DNA of 64,000 nt from the human T2T-CHM13v2.0 reference genome, Homo sapiens: the NCBI RefSeq assembly GCF_009914755.1, contig NC_060942.1. The stretch is one strand, 5' to 3'. Positions 38,240-50,891 of the stretch are shown one piece after another. Both the position numbers and the translations under genes were made by a program. Below the pieces are notes generated by a model, which was not told the DNA's origin, ran no database searches, and worked only from the letters and a program-made list of their open reading frames with translations. Each line of letters opens with the position of its first letter. Positions within the stretch are counted from its first letter, which is position 1.

Positions 38240-41200
38240 TCTTTTTTTTTTTTTAAATCTTTATTGGTATAGTCTGTTTTGTCAGAAACTAGGAGTGCAA
38301 CACCTGCTTTTTTCTGTTTTCCATTTCCTTGAAATATTTTTCTCCATTCCTTTATTTTGAGCCTATGTATGGCACTGCATGTGAGATGGGTTTCTTGAAG
38401 ACGGCATACTCCAATGGGTCTTGGTTCTTTATCCAGCTTGCCCCCTGTGTCTTTCAATTGGAGCATTTAGCCCATTTCCATTTAAGGTTAGTAATGGTAT
38501 GTGTGGATTTGATCCTGTCATCATGCTGTCAGCTGGCTCTTTTGCAGACTTATGTATGTGGTTGGTTTTTAGCATCACTTGTCTGTGTACTTCAGTGTGT
38601 TTTTGTAGTGGCTGGTGGTGGTCTTTTCTTTCCATATTTAGTGCTTCCTTCAGGAGCTCTTGTAAGGTAGGTCTGGTGATAACGAATTCCCTCAGCATTT
38701 GCTTGTCTGAAAACGATCTTGTTTCTCCTTCACTTATGATGCTTAATTTTGCTGGACATGAAATTCTGGGTTGAAATTTCTTTTCTTTGAAATGTTGAAT
38801 GTCTTTTCTGGCTTGTACAGTTTCAGTTGAGAGGTCTGCTAAGTCTGATGGAATTCCCTTTGCAGGTGATGTTGCCTTTCTCCCTAGCTGCCTTTAACAT
38901 TTTTTCTTTTATTTTGACCTCAGAGAATCTGATGATTATGTGTCTTGGGGATGATCTTCTCATGGCATATCTTACTGAGGTTCTCTGGATTTCCTGAAGT
39001 TGAATGTTGGCCTGTCTGGCTAGGTTGGGGACATTCTCATGAATGATATTCTGAAATGTGTTTTCCAAGTTGGTTCCATTCTCCTCATCTCTTTCAGGTA
39101 CATTAATCAGTCATAGATTTGGTCGTTTATATAATCCCATATTTCTCGGATGTTTTGTTCATTCCCTTTCATTCTTTTTTCCCCCATTCTTGTTTGCCTG
39201 TTTTATTTCAGAAAGCCAGTTTTCAAGCTCTGGGATTCTTTCCTCTTCTTGGTCTATTCTGTTAGATGGTCTTGCACATGAGATGGAGCTGGTCTGACCT
39301 CAGCCCTCCCTAGTCTGCTTGCCTCTCCCAGGACCCCAGCCTGGCCACACCTGCTTACAGGGCACTCTCAGGTGCCCACACATACTACAATAATATTCAT
39401 AATGCAATCACACACAATCACCATGTGACTACATTATGAAAATTCTTCTAGTGTGATTTACAGCTCTGTCAGGTCAGTTATTTTCTTCTTTATACTCACT
39501 ATTTTGTCTGTTAGTTCCTGCAATGTTTTACAATGATTTTTAGCTTCCTTGTATTGGATTACAACATACTTCTTTCACTCAATGAACTTTGTTCCTACCC
39601 ATATCCTGAACTCTGCTTGTATCATTTCAGACATCTCAGCCTCAGCCCAGTTCTGAACACTTGCTGGAGAGTTGATGCAGTCATTTGGAGAAAAGAAGGT
39701 ATGCTGAATTTTTGAGTTTTCAGTGTTCTTGCACAGAGTCTTTTTCTCATCTTTATGGGCTTATCCATCTTCAATCTTTGAGGTTGCTGACCTTTGGACA
39801 GGGTATTTTTCCTTTATTATATCTGATGACCTTGAGGATTTGATTGTGGTGTAAGGTGGATTCAGCCAACAGGTTTTGTTTTTGGAGGATTTTAAGGGGC
39901 CAACATGCAGCTCCCAATTCTTGGACTGTGTGCTTTAACTCTGGGGAACTTGTATTGGGCCACAACTTTGTCCTCTGGCTCCTCGAGGTTTGGAGTCCAC
40001 TGCACTGAGGGGACCAAAGTGCAGCAGCTGTGGCAGAATGCTAGCAGATGCAAAAGTCCCTGCCTCCCTGTGGGCATTCACCCAGTGGTGGAGGCAAAAC
40101 AGCTGGGGTGTGGGCCACGGGCCCCTGCTGACTGTGTGTGCTGTTGCACTGGAGGTAGTGCTGGTTTGGGGTGGGTGGCTGGCCAGTGAAGGTGCCTTCT
40201 CTGATCCCCCCCAAGCAACAGTGGTCACTCAGGGTATAAGAAGGTCCCTTTTCCTCTGCACAGCATTACCTCAAGGGTGAGATGCTAGCAGGGGTGGGGT
40301 TTTTGGTTCTGTGCCCACCATGGCTTCATCTTCAGTGGCAGTTGGTGTGGGTTGGGGTGTGTGCTGCATTCCCATATGCTGTTAGGGCAAGTACAACAAA
40401 ACCCACCTGTGTAAACACACACAGCAAAGTGATGTAGGAAGTTTCCATATAAAGGGCTGCAGTATGGAATGGTAATGTGCAGGCTAGTGCGTGGCTGTAG
40501 AGGTCACCTTGCTGCAGCTCTCCACTGATCAGGCACGGTCCGCTTGTACAGAAGCTATGGTGTGGGCACCCGAAAGTGCCCTCTAAGCAGGTGTGGCCTG
40601 GCTGGGGTCCTGGGAGAGGCAAGCAGACTAAGGGGTGCTGAGGTCAGACCAGCCCCATCTCATGTGCAAGACTGCCCAGCACAGATCAGGTCTCAGAGGA
40701 GAACTCTCTCAAAAGTGAATCCTCAGCACAGCACAACTGCTCTACACAAACGTGGCCAGACTTCTTTTTTAAGCAAGTCCCCTTTTTTACGAAGAGAACT
40801 CTTAGACCTGATCTGTGCTGGGCAATCTTGCACGTGAGATGGGGCTGGTCTGACCTCAGCACTCCTAAAGTGCTGGGATAAAGTGTCTCATAAGAGCAAG
40901 TGGAGCCTAGAGACATAGCTGTCCCTGCCCTCCAGGCTCCACATCAGCTGACTTGCTGCTCCACTACTTTCCTTGTCTCCTGGGGGCTCCACCCCAGAGA
41001 GGTGTAAGTTAGCAGTTACTTAATGTAATCACCCCAGGATGGAGGGTCTGTGTTGTGGGCCCAAGCCACGGTTCCTTGTCTGGTGATGAGCAGTAAGGGG
41101 TGTGTTGTACCTGTGGAAGATGGACTGACTTGTTCCTTGTGTCAACTGCAGCTTGTTGGAGGTGTCAATATGGCACTTAGGGTCTTTGCTCCCTTGATAT

Positions 41201-42330
41201 TCTGAGGGTAGCAAGGGCAGTTCCACTGCAGAGGCAGTGGCAGAGAGGATTTCTGTTGCTCCTGGAAGCTCTGTCCAGGGAGTTGCTGAGTTGCTACTGG
41301 CTTGAAAGCTCAAGTGGGGGGCTGGCTGGAGACCCAGGCCAGGAAGACCTGCCCATCGAGGAGATATGGAAATGGGCACCCACATAACAGTCTGGCCACT
41401 TTTCTGTGGGGCTGCCGTGGTATGCTGGGGGTCCACTCCAGTCGCCAATTGCCTCGTATTTTCCAGTGGCTGAAGGTATCAGCAGTGAAGCCTGAGAAAA
41501 AGCAAAGACGATAGCCTGCCCTTCCCTCTGGGAGCTCTGTACCTCTGAGGTATGAACCTGTTGCCAATCTCAACACACCTGTAGGATGTGACTGGAAGCA
41601 AGTTGAGAAGTCTTGCCTAGTAAGGAGGAACAGGAATAGGGACTTGTTTAAAAAAGAAGTCTGGCCACGTTTTTGTAGAGTGGCTATGCTGTGTGGGGGG
41701 TTCACTTCAGCCCCTGGTCTCCTCAGACACTCTGAAACTCTAAGACTGAACTGGCTGAGTCATCCAAACAGCAAAGATGACAGTCTGGTCCTCCCCCTGG
41801 GAGCTCTGACTCAGGAGGCCTGAAACCTCTGTGAGCCAGAGAACAGCAGTGAAGGTGGCTGGAGACCCTGGTTGAAAGGCTCCACCCAGTGATTAGAAAT
41901 GTGGTTGGGGACTGGCTTAAACAAGAATCTGGCCACGTTTTCGCAGGGTGGCTGTTCTGTGCTGAGGTACCACTTCCACCCCTGGTCAGCTTGGGCTCTC
42001 CAAAGCCCACAGGCCAGAAGGGCTAGTTGCCCAAACAACAAAGGTCATGGCCCACCCCTCTCTCTGGGAACTCTGTCCCAGGAAGGTTTCAAATCTCCAT
42101 TGGCCAGGGAACACTGGTGGGTGTAGCTGGAGGCCTCAGGTGGGAGATCCTGTCCAGTGACGAGGAACAGGATCAGAGGCCTGCTTACAGAAGCATTCTG
42201 GACATGATTTGGTAAAGCAGCTGTGCTATGCCACAGGATCTCTTCTGCCCCTGGTGGGTTTGTACTCTCCAAAGCCCGCACGCTGGAATCGCTAAGTTGC
42301 CCAAACAGGAAAGATGGTGGCCTGCCTCAT
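38240..42330 (-). mobile_element. Older primate L1 5' half: long 5'UTR with ~270-bp subrepeats, ORF1, start of ORF2
   Basis: ORF1 peptides (ENTFQNIIHENVPNLARQANIQLQEIQRT, LREFVITRPTLQELLKEAL); ORF2 start MTGSNPHIPLLTLN; GC-rich 5'UTR ~39800-42330. Confidence 0.85.
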
Positions 42331-42334
42331 CTTT

Positions 42335-42800
42335 TCTCTCAGAATTTATCCTGTGTGATGGAGCTTAATTTTTAGGTTGTTAATTTTACTGTCAGCGTTA
42401 GAGTTGTTCAGAAAGAATCTCACTGTTATCTTTTAGGTGAGATATATGAGAATTCATTTTCTCCTGTAAATAAACCTGTTCATGTTTGTTCTCTGGAAAG
42501 AAGTCCCTTTCAGCTATCTGACTTTGATCACAATCATGTAGAGCAGTAGTCAGTCTACAATGACATGATTGAATTTCCATTTCCAGTGTTTCCTAGCTGT
42601 GTCTTACATTCTCCAGTTCAGAACTGAGCATTCTCAGTTGTCAAAATCCTAAGCTGTCCACTGTACTTAAATATTGGTTTTCGTTAATGCTTCTTCATTC
42701 AATTGCATAGCCCTTAGAAGTTTATCAGTCTTTTCTTTCACACTTTCAATTTCCTCCAAAATTTTATTTTCCCTTAGCTGGTTCTGATGTTTTGTTTCAT
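42335..42800 (-). other. POTE 3'UTR made of decayed ANKRD26-like coding sequence
   Basis: Old frame [10 protein letters not shown]...EALTKTNI* (stop 42667-42669), then RLTTALHDCDQSQIAERD and QEKMNSHISHLKDNSEILSEQL remnants. Confidence 0.75.
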
Positions 42801-42896
42801 CTAGTTCCAGTCTCCAGAAATTAGCATGGCAATTTCTTCCTGCAACATGCTGTTTTCACGCAAGAGATCTTCTTCTTTCTTATGACTAAGAGAAAG
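42801..42896 (-). CDS. POTEC: POTE ankyrin domain family, last coding exon ([31 protein letters not shown])
   Basis: ttAG acceptor; 32 codons to TAG; ISGDWN terminus recalled as POTEC-specific. Confidence 0.88.
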   Translation of the reverse strand, partial: LSLSHKKEEDLLRENSMLQEEIAMLISGDWN

Positions 42897-43526
42897 CTAA
42901 GTAAACAAAGGGAACTTTTAGTTAGCACTCAATAGAATGACATATCATGATTTCTTCTAAAATTAAAGAATGACATTTATATTTGTATAATGAAATAATT
43001 CCCATAGTGGATATTTAACTGGAAAAAAGTTGGACAAAACTTCAAATCTAAAAGAGTGTAAATTCCAAAAAGTTGAAATATTTATCTAAAGACCATGAAA
43101 AATAAATCACTAGAGGATTTTTAAGAATTTCAGAATTGGAAAAGCCTTTCTCTGAATTACAAAAAACCCAGAGGCATAAAATAGAAGATTAATACATTTG
43201 GCTACATTTTTTAAATTGGGTTTACACTCTGATATCTAACCTATAAACCACACCATCATAAGAGCCTTAGCTATGCGTATATTAGGACAGAAGCAATTCC
43301 TCAAAGTTCTTTAAGTTCCTTTTTCTGAGGAATGTTTTATCAATATACTGCTGTCCTAATATTTTTACAGTCAGTTGTAAGCATTACATTTATTCATAAC
43401 TGTTAAATCTAAGCATTGTACCCTTCTACAATGTACACATCTGCGTCTAAGCATTGCACTTCTACCTACAACACTCAACTCATTTAGGATCACGATTCTT
43501 AAAAGGAGAGGTCAAAAAATATATGC

Positions 43527-43676
43527 AGCCAGGACCAGTGGCTCACACCTGTAATCCCAGCACTTCAGGAGGCTGAGGCAGGAGAATCGTGTGTACCTGG
43601 GAGGCAGAGGTTGCAGTGAACTGAGTTTGTGCCACTGCACTCCAGCGTGGGTGACAGTGCAAGACTCCATCTAGAA
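43527..43676 (+). mobile_element. Single-monomer Alu (left/right arm fusion) with (CA)n tail
   Basis: CCCAGCACTTCAGGAGGCTGAGGCAGGAGAATC joins left-arm start to right-arm end. Confidence 0.8.
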
Positions 43677-44430
43677 TACACACACACACACACACACACG
43701 TATATATGCAACGTGCAGGATTTTTGCCAGGTCTTCTGATGCTACTGCTAGTGATCCTCCACAAAATCACAGTTGCTTCTGTGGTGTAAATATATAAATA
43801 CAAAAGAAGCCTTTTATTTCAAAATACAAATGGTAAATAAGATATAACTTACAAGGCTTTTCTTAGAAATCATGAGATTATTTGCCATTGCAATAACTTT
43901 TCTTTCCTCTTTATAATGTTTGAAACATTATAGTAGTAAGTGTGAAATAGGGGAAACATACTCAACTATTCATCTGGGAACAAAATACTTATCAATAAAT
44001 TATCACTAAATGTGTATCATGGCATGTCATTGTTTTCAAAGCTCTTTGCATTGAAATGAGAAACTACTCGGAGCAAACTGTTCCTCTCCTCAAAAGCAAG
44101 GATAATGACATCCACAATGTGGCCTCTGACCCAGCTGTACATTTCCTACTTTCCTATTAGTGAAAATAACAAACTGACTTCTCTATTAATATTTTAAAAA
44201 GAACGAATGTCCCAAAACTAGCAAATCTGTTGTTAGTAGCAAAACTTATTTTTGATATTGGAAAGATAATCAATTCTTATGAAAAATATCAAATGCTTTT
44301 CCTTTGGATTGAGGCCATTGTGAAGGTCACTACTCGACTGTTGCAGGCAAATGCAGTTGAATTAAGAACATGGCTTTATCCTATATGTACATATATAGAT
44401 ATATGACCAAGGATATACAGGGTGTGTGTT

Positions 44431-44463
<33 letters not shown>

Positions 44464-44566
44464 GTGTGTATATATGTGATTTAAAAATCCTTTATACCTT
44501 CCAAAATAAAGCTTTTTAAAAATATATACACATATGAAAACATTTGAAAATGACTAAAGAAAATAC

Positions 44567-44690
44567 CTCAGAATTCATTTTCTTTTCAGCCACTTCTATC
44601 TGCTTTTGTTTATTAGTCAGAATCTCATCTTGTGATATTCCAGTGTTCTGTTCTTCAGAAAGTTGTTTCCGGGTATCATTTTGTTCGTCA
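44567..44690 (-). CDS. POTEC: POTE exon, 124 nt ((S)[41 protein letters not shown])
   Basis: ttctAG / GTattt boundaries; phases 2 and 0 fit the neighbouring exons. Confidence 0.92.
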
Positions 44691-44837
44691 CTAGAAGAAA
44701 TTTTAATTTTCATGAAATACTGGAGGTGTCCCTAAAATGATCTACAGGGCAAGATGGCACCATCAGATGTCATTCACACAATGCATATCTGCACATTAAT
44801 CCAAGACAAGACAAAGGGGTCTCACATCTGTTAACCC

Positions 44838-45357
44838 TGCTCTCCCAGTCATGTTGGCACCAGGGACTAGTTTTGTGGAAGATAATTTTTCCATGGACCT
44901 GAGGTGGGGGATGGTTCCAGGATGATTCAAGCACATTACATACATTGTGCACTTCATTTCTATTATTACTAATATATAATGAAATAATTATATAACTCGC
45001 CATCATGTAGAATCAGTGGGAGCCCTCAGCTTGTTTTCCTGCAACTAGATGGTCTCATCTAGGGGTGACAGGAGATGGTGACAGATCATAAAGCATTAGA
45101 TTCTCATAAGGAGTGAACAACCTATATCCCATGCATGAGCAGCTTGCAATAGGGTTCAAGTCACACTCCTATGACAATCTAATGTCACCGCTGATCTGAC
45201 AGGAGGAGGAGCTCAGAAGGTAATGTGAGTGACAGAGAGTGGCTGTAAACAGATGAAGCTTCACTTGCTCCCTACCACTAACCTCTTGCTGTGTGGCCCA
45301 GGTCCTAACAGGCCAGGGACTGGTACTGGTCTGTGGCCTGGGGATTGGAAACCCCTG
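44838..45357. mobile_element. MER1A-like hAT-Charlie DNA transposon
   Basis: TTGGCACCAGGGACTAGTTTTGTGGAAGA...TTTTCCTGCAACTAGATGG...GGGGATTGGAAACCCCTG. Confidence 0.8.
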
Positions 45358-45589
45358 TGTCAACCCAAACTTTTTATGTTTATTTTTTGGAAACAGTTTC
45401 CACTTATATTCTTGATTCCTCTGTAATTTATAGACAACTTAGAAATTCCCTTTGGAACAAGACAGGGTCTAATATTGTGTTTTTAACATAGAACTTTGAA
45501 TTCATTTTATCTGTGTATGAGAGAGAGATGTGAAATAAACTGATCAACAATCGCTTTCAATTTTACTTTTATTTCATGCATATTAAGAA

Positions 45590-47202
45590 GAAAACTGGGA
45601 AGCCCTAAGGCAGAGCAATTGGGCAAGAGAAATAAAGGGCATCCAAATTGGAAAAGAGAAAGTCAAACTCTCTCTTCAGCAATGATATGATCTTATGCCT
45701 AGAAAACTCTACAGACTCCTACAAAACACTCCTAGATTTGATAAATGAATTTAGTAAAGTCTCAGAGGTTACAAAATATACAAATACCAATGAATAGTAC
45801 CACTATACACCAACTACAACCAAGCTGAGAGTCATATCAAGAATCCAATCCTTTTTACAATGGCTGCAAAACAGCAAAATACCTAGGAATATACTTAATG
45901 AAGGAGGTGAGTCATCTATCAAAGGATAACTGGAAAACACCACTGAAGAAAATCACAGATGATACAAATAAATGAACATACATTCTATGTTCCTGGACTG
46001 AAAGCATTGATATTGTGAAAATGCCATAGTGCCCAAAGTAGTCTACAGAGTCAATACAGTTTCTACCAAAGTACCAATGTCATTCTTCACAGAGTTATTT
46101 TAAAAAGCTGCCATTCATGTAGAACCACAAAAGAGCCTGAATAGCAACAGACATACCAAGCAAAAGGAACAAACATGTTGGCATCACATTACCTGACTTC
46201 AAATTATACTCTAAGGCCACAGTAACAAACATCATGGTACTGGTATAAAAGTAGATACACAGATCAATGGAACAGAATAGACAACTCAGAAAAAAGGCCA
46301 CTTACAACCAAATGATCTCTGAGAAAGGATACAAAAACATACACTGGAGAAAGTACACGTTATTCAACAAATGGTGCTGGGAAAAAAAGATAGTCACATA
46401 TAGAAGAATAAAATTGGATCTCTACCTCTCACCAAGTAAAAAAATTAATTCAAGATGGATTAATGGCCTAAACCTAAGACCTGAAGACATTAGCCTAGGC
46501 AAATAATTTATGATGAGGACCCTGAAAGCAAAAGCAACAAAAATAAAAATAAATAAACAAATAAATAAATAAATAAATAAATAAATACCTAATTAAACTA
46601 AAAAGCTTCAGCACAGCAAAAGAAATAATCATCAAAGTGAGCCAACAACCTATACAATGGGGAAAATATGGGCAAATTATGAATCTAACAAAGGATTAAT
46701 GTCCATAACCTACCAGAAACTCAAACAAATCAGCAGGAAAAATACAAATAATTCCATTAAAAAGTGGGCACATGACATGAATAGACATTGCTCAAAAGAA
46801 GATGTACAAATGGTGAACAAGAATATAAAAACATGCTAAATATTACTAATCATCAGGGTACAATAAAACAACAGTGAGATATCACCTCACTTCAGCCAGA
46901 ATGGTCACTACTAAAATAAAAAAAACAGCAGATGTTGGTGTGGATGTGGTGAAAAAAGAAGAGTTATACACTGCTGGTGGGGATACAAATTAGTACAAAT
47001 CTATGGAAAACATTATGGAGAGTTCTGTTAAAGTAGATCTTACCATTCTATCCAGCATTCTCATTTCTGGATACCTACCCAAAACAAAAGAAATCATACT
47101 CTCAAAAAGACACCTATATACATATGTTTACTGCAGCACAATTCACATATGCAAAGATATGTTATCAGCCAGTGTCCATCAACTGATGAGTGGAATAAAG
47201 AA

Positions 47203-47207
<5 letters not shown>
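45590..47207 (+). mobile_element. L1PB/L1MA ORF2 fragment
   Basis: AAATAAAGGGCATCCAAATTGGAAAAGA..., LFNKWCWE..., INSRWI. Confidence 0.88.

Positions 47208-47261
<54 letters not shown>
47208..47261. repeat. (TA)n microsatellite
   Basis: Pure TA run. Confidence 0.95.
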
Positions 47262-47264
<3 letters not shown>

Positions 47265-47586
47265 ATACCTGAGACTGGGTAATTCATAAAGGAAAGAGGC
47301 TTAATTGATTCACAGTTACACATGGCTGGGAAGGCCTCAGGAAACTTACAATCATGGCAGAAGGTAAAGGGGAAGCAGGCAACTTCTTCAAAAGGTGGCA
47401 GGAGAGAGAGAAGTGAAAGGGAAAGAGCCCATTATAGAATTATCTGCTCTTGTGAGAACTCACTATCACGAGAACAGCATGGAGGAAACCGACCCCATGA
47501 TCCAATACCTCCCAGCTGGTCTTTCTCTCAACACCTGGGAATTACAATTTGACATGAGATTTGGGTGGAAACACAAAGCCAAACTA
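47265..47586 (+). mobile_element. MaLR LTR (THE1/MST type)
   Basis: CTGAGACTGGGTAATT...GGCCTCAGGAAACTTACAATCATGGCAGAAGG...GAGATTTGGGTGG. Confidence 0.88.
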
Positions 47587-48502
47587 CTGGGGGGGGTGTA
47601 TCCTTACTTTTAAAATATCAAAATGTCATTATTTATATTTCAAAGATAGCAATTTTTATTAGTAATGATTTTGTTTGAAAATAAAATGACCTGGTAAATT
47701 TTCTTCACTTTTAGCCTAGTATTTAGTCAAAATATAAAAAGCTGAATTTGCCAGCAGCAAACTGTAATTACTTTTAAATGAGGTAAAGTTGTATAAGAAT
47801 ATCACCGTTATTGTACTGAGAAGAAAGTGAACAAGAAAAGGAATTTAAAAAGAGAGTAGAGTATCACTACCATATACATACATGAACTGACAAAGAGACT
47901 AAAATCTCCTACTGGAGATTATGTTAGGACTTGAGCAAAAGCTTCTAAAAATACCAAAAACAGAAAGAAAATAATTAATTTTAAGGAATAAATTATACAG
48001 AGAAATATGTATTTTTTTAAAAAGAAAACAGATATTCCTGAGAGCTGTTATTAACCAATTCACCTTGACCAAAATTTTAAAATGAAGTCTACAATTCTGG
48101 AATATAAAATAGTTTCATTTTGAACATAGTTAATTGAAGGCAACTTTTATACAGAAAATTTTCAGTTAAAGTTGACTCTAACTTATGAAAGAAATGACTT
48201 GTACCAATGGTAACAAGAAGCCACCCAAAGCCAGTTTGAAATCTAGTCAATCAATGACCACTGCTCTTGCTCACCAACCAATATCAATGTGAGCAGCTTG
48301 CTTCTGAAATACAGCCACGCAGCAGTACCTGCTCCATCAGAATAGACAGTGCCTGACCAGTATTCCTCTTACTATAGGAAGCAAAAATTCCAACTCTGTC
48401 TCTTTATTTCAAATACCAAAGGTTCATAATCCCTTGAAAAGAATTTTCAAGTCCATTAAATGTGCCACCCTAATTTTTTTTTTTTTTAAATAAAATACTA
48501 GT

Positions 48503-48798
48503 GGCCAGGCGCAGTGGCTCATGCCTGTAATCCCAGCACTTTGAAAGGCCGAAGTGGGTGGATCACCTGAGGTACAGAGTTCGAGACCAGCCTGACCAAC
48601 GGGGTGAAACCCCATCTTTATTAAAAATACAAATATTAGCCGGGCATGGTGGCATGCCCCCGTAATCCCAGCTCCTTGGGAGGCTGAGGGAGGAGAAATG
48701 CATGAACCAGAAGGTGGAGGTTGCAGTGAACTGAGATCATACCACTGAACTCCAGCCTGGGGGATACAGCGAGACTCAATCTCAAAATAAAATAAAAT
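48503..48798 (+). mobile_element. AluS
   Basis: Full Alu; TSD TAAAATAC(T/C)AGT. Confidence 0.95.
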
Positions 48799-49322
48799 AC
48801 CAGTAAACTTTGCAATTCCTCTGACTCAGTTTGCCATAATTACAATTATGATTACTAGTAAAAGAATAAATAGTGAATAACCACAATATTGGGCTTTTCT
48901 CTCTAAATAAAAAAATTAATATAAAGAATGTAGCTTATTATAAAAAGCCAAAACAATTTTAAAAATGCACATAATTACCGGGCAAAACTGTTAGAATGAA
49001 CCATGTCAAACATTTTTAAAGTGAGAATTAATCAAACAATATATCCAGGATAAACTCCATTCACTCATTTAATAAGTATTTATTAGGTAGCTTCATCCAA
49101 TATGCTAGGCCTTTTTCTAGGCAGTGAGGATATTGTAGTGAAAAATAAAAACCCTATTCATGAGAGTGAGAAAAACACACAATAACAACAGACAGATAAG
49201 GCAAAATATACAGGATGTTACAGGAGAAAAACTAAAGCAGGAAAATGAAATGTTTATGTGTTTGATGGGGAGGGTGGTGGGAAAGTTGGGATGGTCAGAA
49301 AAGTCCCTGCTGAGAAAGGGGA

Positions 49323-49604
49323 TTTTTTTTTTCTAATACAAAAAACCTTTTATTTGTATATAAAAGTCTCTAAGAAATGATGACATAAGGTTAACAGCGT
49401 TGATGTCAAGATACAAATGGGTTTGAAGTTAGAGATGATAAATCACTTTGTTTCACTGAACCTTCCCTTCGTTACGTTAGAGAGCATCCCTGGTAGGCAC
49501 CCAATTGAACCTTAAGCATGACGCGTCTGGGTAGCACACCGTTCTTCCTCAGAAAGTGGTTGTTCCTTAATGTGTTTCTTTTTACCCTTTTTCCTCTTCT
49601 TCTT
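49323..49604 (-). pseudogene. NOP58 3'-end processed retrocopy fragment
   Basis: KKKRKKGKKKHIKEQPLSEEE versus recalled NOP58 KKKKKRGKKKHIKEEPLSEEE; followed by 3'UTR-like sequence, AATAAA (49349-49354), A-tail and TSD AGAAAGGGG(A/G)TTTT at 49313-49326 and 49605-49618. Confidence 0.75.
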
Positions 49605-50357
49605 AGAAAGGGGGTTTTAAATAAAGAACTGAAGGAATGGAAAGAGAAAGCTAGGAGGATATCTGGGGAAAAAGCATTCCAGACACAGGGAACTGCGAAT
49701 CACAGAGGTGTGCCTGGCATCTTTAAGCACTAGGGGTAGATAAGGGATGGCAAGAATTCAGTGTGGCTGAAGCAGAGCAAGGGAGATAATTAGGAGGAAC
49801 TTTGACATGTACTCCGAGTGAAATGGGAGATAATCAGAAGGGCTGGGGCAGAGGAATGAAACAATTTGACTTATGTTTTAAATACATCCACTGAGTTAAG
49901 AATTGATGAAAAGGGAAGTTTTTAAAAACCAGGACTATCAATTCCCAGTCTATGACACTCATCTAGACTGCAGATGAGGGTGGCTCAGATGTATGAGATA
50001 TGACTGGCTTCTGGACATATTCTTCAGGTAGACCTGACAAGATTTACTGAGAGATTAGATGTGAGGTGTCAGAGAGAGAGAGAGAGATGAGTCAAGAATG
50101 ACACCAAGATTTTTGGCAGAGCAACTGGAAGAGTTGCCCTTAACCAAAGTAGGAAAGACTACATGAGGTTTAGCTTTCAGGAAGGACATCAGTAGCCCAA
50201 TTTTGGATCTGACAAGTGTGTGATACCCAATAACTAACCAAATAGAGATGTCAAGTAGGCAGGCTGATATAGAAATCTGGAATTAAGGAGAGAGATCTGA
50301 GCTGGAGACATACATTTGGAAATCACTAGCATATACACAGTAGAAAAAGTCATGAGG

Positions 50358-50891
<534 letters not shown>

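Noticed and set aside
31057-38670. Inverted L1 fragments (31057-31506 plus, ~38240-38670 minus) as one inverted duplication bracketing the array
   Set aside because: Same L1 region but visibly diverged; more simply two independent L1 copies
42335-42896. POTE-actin fusion
   Set aside because: No actin sequence anywhere in the window
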